From the NCBI RefSeq assembly GCF_034113385.1, contig NZ_JAXEXL010000014.1, forward strand, positions 42,247 to 106,246: 64,000 bases of DNA. The letters run 5' to 3'. This stretch comes from Atopobium sp. (GTDB lineage Bacteria > Actinomycetota > Coriobacteriia > Coriobacteriales > Atopobiaceae). Shown here in pieces: positions 56,808-63,959 of the stretch. The notes under the pieces were generated by a model. It was not told where the DNA came from. It worked only from the letters and a program-made list of their open reading frames with translations, and made no database searches. A program made the position numbers and the translations under genes. The first letter of the stretch is position 1. The number at the start of each line of letters is the position of its first letter.

Positions 56808-56989
56808 GCTCTTCTCCTCCAAAATATCGAGAGCTAACAAAAATAAACGGTTGTATGATAGCGCTCACATAAAATAATCGTGTTTTTAATTGTATTTTTC
56901 ACGTTATTTATGCATTTATATAAGAAAATAGTTAGATTTATAAAAATAAGCTGTTTGATGACTCGGATTAACGGCTGTGATAGCTTGTG

Positions 56990-57676
56990 CTAGCGGCCAC
57001 TTGAGTTGGCTGCTGCGTTAGTTTGGACATCTGACAAGATCTTCTCGCCAGCTTTGCCTTTAAGAGAGTCATCGCCATTGGCAACAGCAGTTGTAACATC
57101 AGCCACGATGCGCTGCAGCTGCTCCTTGGTTACGTTATTTGCCTCAATTTTAGGAAGTTCACCTAGATTGATGGTGGTATACGCTTTAGTATCCTGAGGA
57201 TTCTGGGTGCGTTTGAGCATTATTTTAGCCGTTAAAAGGGCTGTATCATACAAAGAACCATCTGCATTAATGGGAGAAATAACGCTAATGTCATAGCTAC
57301 CATCTACAAGCAGTACTGCGGCTTTACCAGAAGCAACCTCTTCATACGTGGCGGCATGGTAAACATCACTGCCCTTGGCATTTCCATCTGTGCCCTTGAG
57401 GTGCAAGATAACAGGGGTAGACTTCTCATTCCAATTTTGAGCTGTAACTTTGATGGGTATGCTTATGGCTTGAGGGTTTTTCTCGTCAGTTTGAAGGACG
57501 GCAGGAGCTGTGGCAGTAGCTGTGCGAGACTGCTTTTGAGGCTTGTTGGCAATATAGAGCCCAACAATAATGCCAAAGATAATGAGCAAAGCAAGGCTTA
57601 TGGGAGCAGTCTTTTTATATGCGCTCACCGATACGGGCCTTTCTGTACAACGAGACATGCTAGAGTCCCTTCTCAA
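56990..57676 (-). CDS. Membrane-anchored extracytoplasmic hypothetical protein
   Basis: 228-aa ORF (the start may be MSRCTE at 57658) with a single TM, PISLALLIIFGIIVGLYI. It overlaps the upstream 60-aa ORF by 4 nt. Confidence 0.55.
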   Translation of the reverse strand: MRRDSSMSRCTERPVSVSAYKKTAPISLALLIIFGIIVGLYIANKPQKQSRTATATAPAVLQTDEKNPQAISIPIKVTAQNWNEKSTPVILHLKGTDGNAKGSDVYHAATYEEVASGKAAVLLVDGSYDISVISPINADGSLYDTALLTAKIMLKRTQNPQDTKAYTTINLGELPKIEANNVTKEQLQRIVADVTTAVANGDDSLKGKAGEKILSDVQTNAAANSSGR

Positions 57677-57855
57677 TCAAATAGTGAGAGAAAAAAGTCG
57701 ATGACGCAGCTAATTAAAACAACCTTTATAAGGAACCAGCCGACGGGCGCGAGAATAAGACCAGCAAATGCTCCCGCTACAACGCCAAGCTGAGGGTTAA
57801 CAAAGCCTTGCCAGGCTCCCAAAATAAGGCCAACGACTGCCAAAAACTTATACAT
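57673..57855 (-). CDS. Small Gly/Ala-rich two-TM membrane protein
   Basis: 60 aa: MYKFLAVVGLILGAWQGFVNPQLGVVAGAFAGLILAPVGWFLIKVVLI. It is translationally coupled to the downstream ORF. Confidence 0.5.
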   Translation of the reverse strand: MYKFLAVVGLILGAWQGFVNPQLGVVAGAFAGLILAPVGWFLIKVVLISCVIDFFLSLFD

Positions 57856-58225
57856 ATCAGCACCTCGTATCTACAAAACCGTTAAGGTGTATTTATACTT
57901 TAAGGTCATCTTTGTATAGATACCATACCCAAGTACTTGGATATCAATGCTCAAGCGAAAATCAACTAGCTAAAAATATTTTTTAGCATTGTATCAAGGT
58001 TTATTCAAGCGCTTGTACGAGAAGCTTGGCCAAACTAGTTTGAATACACTTGCCATGTAAGATGTGAGCCCTGTGTCAGGCGCTCTTTTGCTATATTCCT
58101 TTTGCCGCATAAAATTAGCCATTTGTCTTAGTTTATGACGTTGTTTTAAAAAGTTGATTATATAATTGCGCTATAAAGTAAGAAAAGACTTACTTCATGT
58201 AAGTCATAAGGATAGGTGTTTACTT

Positions 58226-58495
58226 ATGAATTCCTCTACTAACAAAGTTGCCACTCTAGCTCTGGATATTCTTTTTGCTGCTTGCATTATTGGATACGCA
58301 GCCTCGGCGTTTTATTTTAACGTCAATGTGCCCATATTCCAAATTTTGGCAGGAACGCTGGCAGTCATTGTTAATGTAGTGCAGTTTAAAAAGGAAAGAA
58401 AAACACTCACAAAAGCCGAAATTATCGCTGAAATTATAGGGATGGTTTTTATTGCCCTCTTCACCTTAGATGGATTGGTACACCTTTTTAGCTAA
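58226..58495 (+). CDS. Small three-TM membrane protein in the AT-rich island
   Basis: 89 aa from the ATG at 58226, after AAGGATAGG. The hairpin GACTTAC TTCAT GTAAGTC lies just upstream. Confidence 0.45.
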   Translation: MNSSTNKVATLALDILFAACIIGYAASAFYFNVNVPIFQILAGTLAVIVNVVQFKKERKTLTKAEIIAEIIGMVFIALFTLDGLVHLFS

Positions 58496-59018
58496 CAGGT
58501 GGTACGTTTGGCAATGTATATTGAGCTGGGAGTGTCTTTTAGACAAGAGGTGCGAGGGCAATACAGTCGCTATGCCCAATCCCGGGAACTTATGTCTCTG
58601 ACATACAACATCTGATTTTGTGTTATATTGCTCTTACAGAGAGCTGCCTTTTATCACAGTATTGGGATTAGAGCCGGCTCTCTTTTCTTAGCTAAGAAGC
58701 GTGGAGAGTAATACATTTTAGTTATCAAATGCTTTTGACATATGATTAATGTAACGTTATAAAGGATTTTAAACAGACGAGCCTATAATCCAACTATTGG
58801 AACTGGGGTTTGTTTGTTTTTGATTTGCACATAGTTAATAACTTCTTTATAACCAGTGAAATTCGTGCACTATTCATCAAGATAAGACATGCAGTCATGC
58901 AACTACAGTACTGAATCCACAGTTACATTAAGCTCGTATACTGGCTAATTAACACGTCACTATGACCGTGATACTTACAAAAGAGTTATGTAATAAGACG
59001 GTTTCAGGAGATGCAACA

Positions 59019-59174
59019 ATGTCGACTTTGCTTATACTGCTTTGCATAACTATTTACCTTTTTTGGCCGTTAATCCTTCTAACTATTTTAGCTCTGATTA
59101 TTCATCATTTTATTGCTAAACATGAAGAGAAGAAGCTGCAAAAGCAACTAGAAGAATTAGCAAAATTACAATAG
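59019..59174 (+). CDS. 51-aa single-TM peptide with a charged coiled C-terminus
   Basis: The AGGAG RBS lies 8 nt before the ATG at 59019. The sequence is MSTLLILLCITIYLFWPLILLTILALIIHHFIAKHEEKKLQKQLEELAKLQ. Confidence 0.45.
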   Translation: MSTLLILLCITIYLFWPLILLTILALIIHHFIAKHEEKKLQKQLEELAKLQ

Positions 59175-59700
59175 AGCTTCTAATTATAGCTACGCCAAAT
59201 TGACAGTCTATTTATAAGACAGCAGTATATAAATGGCTTACAAAGTAGAAGTGATAACGTAACATCAATTAATATAAGAGTTAATGAGACAACAAAAAGA
59301 AGTTGCTTGAAATTATTGAGAATTTCAGGTTTGACCTTTCGTCAGTAACGAGAACTTTTTATCGCCAAATTGTCCAAGAAAACCGTTACCGCTCCATCTC
59401 TTCTATGGTAATCCCAATGAGGAAAGCTTACAAAGCATCCGGAATGTTGTGTCTACATTGGCAAACAGTAACATGAACTTTAAGAAAGCTTAGGCACAGA
59501 CATACCATGCATACCCTTAAGGGTAACTAGCCTGGTAGTTGTGAGTGTCATATTGTCAATATTGAGGACTGGCTGTTAGCATAACGTTCAAATAAAGCCA
59601 GTATCGTCTTTCAGCGTACTGAATCACGTGATGAGCTATTCCGATAATTTCTTATAATTATACCTACCTAAACGGCTGTCATGTGAGCATTGATTTTATT

Positions 59701-59781
59701 TTGTCTCCCATTTTTGTCCCACAATAAAATTTGTGAGACAAAAATTGTAATTGTGTCCCACAATATACTTTGTAGGACACA
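59701..59781. repeat. Cluster of direct and inverted TGTC(C/T)C(A)CA-type motifs immediately 3' of fic
   Basis: TGTCCCACAATA occurs at 59715-59726 and 59754-59765. Related copies are TTGTCTCCCA at 59701-59710, and the inverted TGTGAGACA at 59732-59740 and TGTAGGACACA at 59771-59781. Confidence 0.6.
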
Positions 59782-59787
59782 AATGGA

Positions 59788-60897
59788 CTACAAAGTATAT
59801 TGCCCTTCGGTAATCTCAAAAAGCTTCGGAAAATAGTAGATGGCAGCCCGTCTTCCACTTGGCCGCTTAATCTCAATGATATATCCAAGACCTTTAAGCA
59901 CGTCAAGGAGCCTACGAGCTGTTTTGGGGTTAATACCCTCTGTATGGGTAATATCAGATGAAGAAAAAATTGGTTTTTCAAATAAAGCATTTACAACAAC
60001 GCTAACGTTTGCAGATTTTGTTTTATTAAACAAATCGCTTATTACTTGTTCCCGTAATTGAAATATTTGGTTAGCTTTGCGTGTATTCTTCCTTGCCTGA
60101 GTTTCAATTGCACTTAAAAAGAAATTACACCAACCAGTCCAATCATTATCTCTAGAAACAGCCAGAAGCCTGTCTTGATATTCTTCATCCCTATGTTCAA
60201 AGAATTCGCTTAGATAGAAGCTCGGATACGTAAGGATTCCATTCGAACAAAGCATTAGCGGAATAATCATACGACCAATACGACCATTTCCATCTAAGAA
60301 TGGATGAATGGATTCAAATTCAGCATGGGCAATTGAAATTTTTAAAAGTGGATGAATTGTACTCTCATTAACGAATTCTTCCCAAGTCGCCATTGCGTCT
60401 TCTAATTTATCAGGATGAATTGGTACAAAACGCGCATTTTCAATCTTACTTTCCCTTGTACCAATCCAATTTGGTTCTTTACGATACATCCCAGGAGATT
60501 TAAAACGTACTCTTACATTTTTTAAGAGTAAACTATGAGCAAATTTAATAACGCGACCACTTAATGGAATTTCATCCATTAATTTTTTTGCAGCGTTTAC
60601 GGCAATGCGATAATTAACCACCTCGCGGATATCATCATGCATAGCAGGATTAAAATTTTCGTCTCCAGCTTCATACATCAATACATCGTTTGCGGTAGCT
60701 CTAGTTCCTTCAATTTTTGATGAGGAAACAGCTTCTTGAACCATAAGAGGAGAAACAAGCACCTCGGAGTTGGGAATAATGCTTAGAAAGCTGTCATATC
60801 GGGCAAGGGCATCTGATGCGCATGCTAATGGTGTTGTTAGTACTTCCCAATCCAAATTACGAGGCGGGAATTCACCATAATGGTAATGGACGCTCAT
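59788..60897 (-). CDS. fic: Fic/Fido-domain protein (probable AMPylase) with an N-terminal inhibitory-helix motif and a C-terminal winged helix
   Basis: The active-site loop is HPFLDGNGRIGR (HxFx[D/E]GNGRxxR). The N-terminal SSKIEG fits [ST]xxxE[GN]. A sampled line gives about 32% G+C. Confidence 0.9.
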   Translation of the reverse strand: MSVHYHYGEFPPRNLDWEVLTTPLACASDALARYDSFLSIIPNSEVLVSPLMVQEAVSSSKIEGTRATANDVLMYEAGDENFNPAMHDDIREVVNYRIAVNAAKKLMDEIPLSGRVIKFAHSLLLKNVRVRFKSPGMYRKEPNWIGTRESKIENARFVPIHPDKLEDAMATWEEFVNESTIHPLLKISIAHAEFESIHPFLDGNGRIGRMIIPLMLCSNGILTYPSFYLSEFFEHRDEEYQDRLLAVSRDNDWTGWCNFFLSAIETQARKNTRKANQIFQLREQVISDLFNKTKSANVSVVVNALFEKPIFSSSDITHTEGINPKTARRLLDVLKGLGYIIEIKRPSGRRAAIYYFPKLFEITEGQYTL

Positions 60898-61091
60898 TTT
60901 TGTTATTCTTCCTGCTGGATATTCATATACAATTTTTCTTCATTTTACAGTAGTTACAGTTCTGTAAGACATGGTCAGCTGTTTTTATCTTACAAAATTT
61001 ACGAGATTCTTCCCTTTATAAAAATACTCGGTGTAAGTTTAGGGTTATAGGACAAAATTGCATAAAAATCCCCGCGTGTGCGGGGAACATC

Positions 61092-61781
61092 GGCTTTTGC
61101 TTCATGCTATCAACTAGTGGATTTGTCTACCATACCAAAAAATCTGCTGGCGGTGATGGACATAAGTTTCATATCGGGTGTGATTGCATTATCGTTTCAG
61201 GGACTGAAAAAACCGTTATCGAAGGCTACGATCCTGATGCGATGTATAAGCGCTGGTGTATGTGCACAGAGACTTTAGGGTTGCAGTCAACACATGAGAA
61301 TCTCAACAAGATTATTACAGAGGTTGAAACAAGAGATTTTCGCTGGCTTAACAGTGGTAGAGTGCCAGAAGCGACCTACGCAAGTGAGAGCATTAAACAT
61401 TCGGTAACGGTAAACAATCCATGGGAGGGTAGGACTGCGCATAGGCTAGCTAAAGTTGGTATCAAACCAGATTTTCAAGTTGACTACAAGACGGTTAAAA
61501 CGGATGGAGTTGCGCGCAGGGTTGGTCTGCCCGATTTTAGCAATGGAATTGAAATTAAAACACCCAGAGACTCCAATAACGCATACGGAGCAGTAAAAAA
61601 TTACGTAGGGAAAACGAATGAAAGAAAAATAGAGGTTAAAAGAATGATAATAGACAACACAGAATCTAACTTTTCAGATGATGACCTTATTAAGGCAATA
61701 AGGAGTGTATCAGAAGAGCTGGGAGTAAATTACAAAATTGCGTGTCTTACCAAGACGGGTAAGTTGCTAAATATTACATAA
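61092..61781 (+). pseudogene. 3' fragment of a phage-like gene: possible MuF-type C-terminal region plus a PD-(D/E)xK nuclease-like (toxin-like) domain, truncated at a CRISPR repeat
   Basis: The frame is open back through the repeat and there is no RBS before the first ATG at 61104. GDGHKFHIGCDCIIV is an HxxCxC element. GLPDFSNGIEIKTP matches PD..(E)xK. Confidence 0.55.
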
Positions 61782-61862
61782 ATAAAGAGCGGGTGCAATG
61801 TGCGCAGTTGTACGCCGGCTTCCCACTCTTTAATGACAGTATACCACATATGTTGTTGATTT

Positions 61863-61886
61863 AAGCCGCATGCCTGCGGCTTTTTT
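61863..61886 (+). terminator. Intrinsic terminator inside CRISPR insert A
   Basis: AAGCCGCA TGCC TGCGGCTT is followed by TTTT. Confidence 0.7.
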
Positions 61887-61988
61887 CATGTACGCAAGCC
61901 ACAGCGGAAATGTGGCACACACCTCGTGGCAAGGGCAATGCCACTCGTTAACGCCCGAGCGGGCGGAAATCTACCGAAAGGAATAGTT

Positions 61989-62080
61989 ATGGATCTGAAG
62001 GAACCAATCACGACCCAAGAGCGCCTTGATGAGATTTTGAAAGAGCGACTAGAGCGAGCAAAAGAGCAAGTGCGCAGCGA
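61989..62080 (+). pseudogene. 5' fragment (30 codons) of a gene cut by the CRISPR repeat at 62081
   Basis: The AAAGGA RBS precedes the ATG at 61989. The sequence MDLKEPITTQERLDEILKERLERAKEQVRSE then runs directly into the repeat. Confidence 0.45.
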
Positions 62081-62178
62081 GGAATCATCCCCGCGTGTGC
62101 GGGGAACATTAGTAAATGATAGCTCATGATAGTAAATGATAGGAATCATCCCCACGTGTGCGGGGAACATTTCATAGG

Positions 62179-62394
62179 CTAATCATAGAAAACATCAGGA
62201 GGATAATCGGGAAATGATTCGCTGAGATAGTCATGTCCAGCTACTATGCTCTTTTTCATTAGCTCAATAGCTTCTTTCGGTGTAATCCCGCAACCTTCTG
62301 TCCCCCAGTCACAATCAGGGAACATTTCCCAAAATTTACTGCTCACCTCTGCATTCTCACCACGCGAAAGACCCCTCCAATCTATGCACTCCAT
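62179..62394 (-). CDS. Complete 71-aa Trp/Cys/acidic hypothetical protein inside CRISPR insert B
   Basis: A strong AAGGAGGTG RBS lies 5 nt before the ATG at 62394. The sequence is MECIDWRGLSRGENAEVSSKFWEMFPDCDWGTEGCGITPKEAIELMKK... The stop lies 9 nt from the repeat at 62170. Confidence 0.6.
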   Translation of the reverse strand: MECIDWRGLSRGENAEVSSKFWEMFPDCDWGTEGCGITPKEAIELMKKSIVAGHDYLSESFPDYPPDVFYD

Positions 62395-62396
62395 GA

Positions 62397-62679
62397 TTAC
62401 ACCTCCTTTAAGATTTCCTTAAACACATCATACGATTTAGGTAGATACCTTTTCAAGGTCTCTAGTACTTCGGGATTGCTCATTGTTGTTTCATAGAAGT
62501 GTGCAAATGTTTCTGTTGAAAGTTTAGCTTCACCAGAACGTTTCCAGTAGCTCTTTCTATGAACAGGAAAACCGTACTTATCTTCACAGCAAGTCCCATT
62601 TGTTGCACCATTGATAATGTCTGATATGCCGCCCATAGCAGTGGGGCTGTCAGTCCATATTACTGAAACATCGTAAGTC
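62397..62679 (-). pseudogene. 3' fragment (about 94 codons) of a gene whose 5' end is replaced by the CRISPR repeat at 62680
   Basis: The frame is open from the repeat edge. It reads ...LTYDVSVIWTDSPTAMGGISDIINGATNGTCCEDKYGFPVHRKSYWKRSGEAKL...KEILKEV and is translationally coupled to the 71-aa ORF. Confidence 0.5.
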
Positions 62680-62708
62680 AGGATTATCCCCGCGTGTGCG
62701 GGGAACAT

Positions 62709-62831
62709 TACTTTAGCGATAGACTCTGCTGCCTGCTTTAGCTCGAGCAGATTAAGCCCCTTAGTTTGTGCAGCATCGAGCATTGCAGTAATGCCTACCT
62801 CGACGCGCTTCTCATTATAAATATCGTCCAT
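62709..62831 (-). pseudogene. 5' fragment (41 codons) of a gene cut by the CRISPR repeat at 62708
   Basis: The ATG at 62831 overlaps the hicB-like stop (TAGCATG). MDDIYNEKRVEVGITAMLDAAQTKGLNLLELKQAAESIAKV then runs into the repeat. Confidence 0.5.
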
Positions 62832-62832
62832 G

Positions 62833-63273
62833 CTATGCCTTTCGTGGTCTATGAGCTGCAGGGGGGTTCTTCTTACGCTCATTTACGCTTGCAATGGTAA
62901 TCATGCGCTTACCACCAACAATAGTGCCATCAAGTGCGCCGCTGTCGATAAGCTGGCTAATACGTCCTCGTGATACGCCCAACTCTTCTGCTGCTTGTGT
63001 AACAGTTAGGCACTTGGTGCTCTCAACGAATAAGTTATCAACTTCAACACACAGCACTACCTGAGGAGGATTACTAAACACTGCTCGCGGTAACTTCTTG
63101 CCTTGCTCTATATAATCTGCAATAACAAACCGCAGCGCAGCCGCAATATTCTCAACAGCTTCCTTGATATTGTCTCCGCCGCTAGATACACCACAATTAG
63201 ACGGAAATACAGGCACGCAGCCAACCCAGCTACCATCTACACGCTCAAGAATAGCCTCATAAACATATGTCAT
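62833..63273 (-). CDS. hicB: HicB-like antitoxin domain fused to a C-terminal HTH (excisionase/MerR-like) domain, complete, inside CRISPR insert C
   Basis: The HicB/UPF0150-like pattern is MTYVYEAILERVDGSWVGCVPVFPSNCGVSSGGDNIKEAVENIAAALRFVIADYIEQGKKLP. The HTH is LTVTQAAEELGVSRGRISQLIDSGAL. A GGAGAG RBS precedes the ATG at 63273. Confidence 0.7.
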   Translation of the reverse strand: MTYVYEAILERVDGSWVGCVPVFPSNCGVSSGGDNIKEAVENIAAALRFVIADYIEQGKKLPRAVFSNPPQVVLCVEVDNLFVESTKCLTVTQAAEELGVSRGRISQLIDSGALDGTIVGGKRMITIASVNERKKNPPAAHRPRKA

Positions 63274-63613
63274 ACGCTCTCCAATCCACATAGAGGTGGC
63301 GGGGGCTTATCCCCCGCCTTGCCTACCAACCAACTGATTTACATATACTTGCATATGTCCCTCGGGCTAAATGCTTCCCGAGACTGCCGGGGACTGTAAC
63401 AGGGATCATCCCCGCGTGTGCGGGGAACATGGAGTATTATGCGTAAGGAATGGCAGCTGACTGGGATCATCCCCGCGTGTGCGGGGAACATAAACTAAAA
63501 AGCTGGAGCGTACTACAGATGCCGGGATCATCCCCGCGTGGGCGGGGAACCTGGTCCATTCTGGGCGATGTTTTTAGCCTGGTTGGGATCATCCCCGCGT
63601 GTGCGGGGAACAT

Positions 63614-63959
63614 TGAGCCAGCGAGATTGCTGCCAGCCCCGAACAGGCCAAGTTTTTTCAAGAGCATACATTACATCTTTTACTATGTTTGGATAAGTTA
63701 GCTGAGGAGGTAAACTCACTGTGCATGTTGCTGCAAGCCTAGCGACTTCATCATCAGGAATCTCTTCTCCATCTCCGAGTGACTGAGATTCCCTATCTGA
63801 ATAGACTGTACTATCAATCCAAGGTAGCACATAATACTTACCTTTTTGCTCCTGCACCATAATGACTTCCATTGATTCTTGTGAATCACGTACTGTTGCG
63901 CGGCCAACTGCTTCATCAGTGATGGACAGCGATTCATTGAGCCACCCTATGAGGTTCAT
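63614..63959 (-). pseudogene. 5' fragment (about 115 codons) of a gene cut by the CRISPR repeat at 63613
   Basis: MNLIGWLNESLSITDEAVGRATVRDSQESMEVIMVQEQKGKYYVLPWIDSTVYSDRES...TWPVRGWQQSRWLN continues only as repeat-encoded residues. No clear RBS is visible. Confidence 0.4.

Larger units (their letters stand above)
61062..63613 (-). CRISPR. Type I-E-like CRISPR array, 8 repeats seen, which may continue past the window edge; cas genes are not in the window
   Basis: The 29-nt repeat reads ATGTTCCCCGCACACGCGGGGATGATCCC on the minus strand. Copies lie at 61062-61090 (trailer repeat with 6 degenerate nt at its 3' end), 62081-62109, 62142-62170, 62680-62708, 63402-63430, 63463-63491, 63524-63552 (variant) and 63585-63613. 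The 32-nt spacers are 62110-62141, 63431-63462, 63492-63523 and 63553-63584. The long intervals are 61091-62080, 62171-62679, 62709-63401 and 63614 onward. Orientation is inferred from the I-E stem-loop GTTCCCCGC-N4-GCGGGGA and from the degenerate terminal repeat at the left end. Confidence 0.9.

Noticed and set aside
61886-62170. 94-aa minus ORF. The same issue affects 63450-63701 (+), 63467-63667 (-) and the C-terminal part of 63528-63959 (-)
   Set aside because: The peptides contain the repeated repeat-derived strings FPAHAGMIP, PRTRGDD and PRVCGEH. They are translations of CRISPR repeats and spacers, not genes.
62397-62882. 161-aa minus-strand ORF treated as a single gene
   Set aside because: It reads straight through the CRISPR repeat at 62680-62708, which is translated as MFPAHAGII. 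The two halves come from different inter-repeat inserts, and the open frame across the repeat is most simply coincidental. I split it into a 5' fragment (62709-62831) and a 3' fragment (62397-62679).
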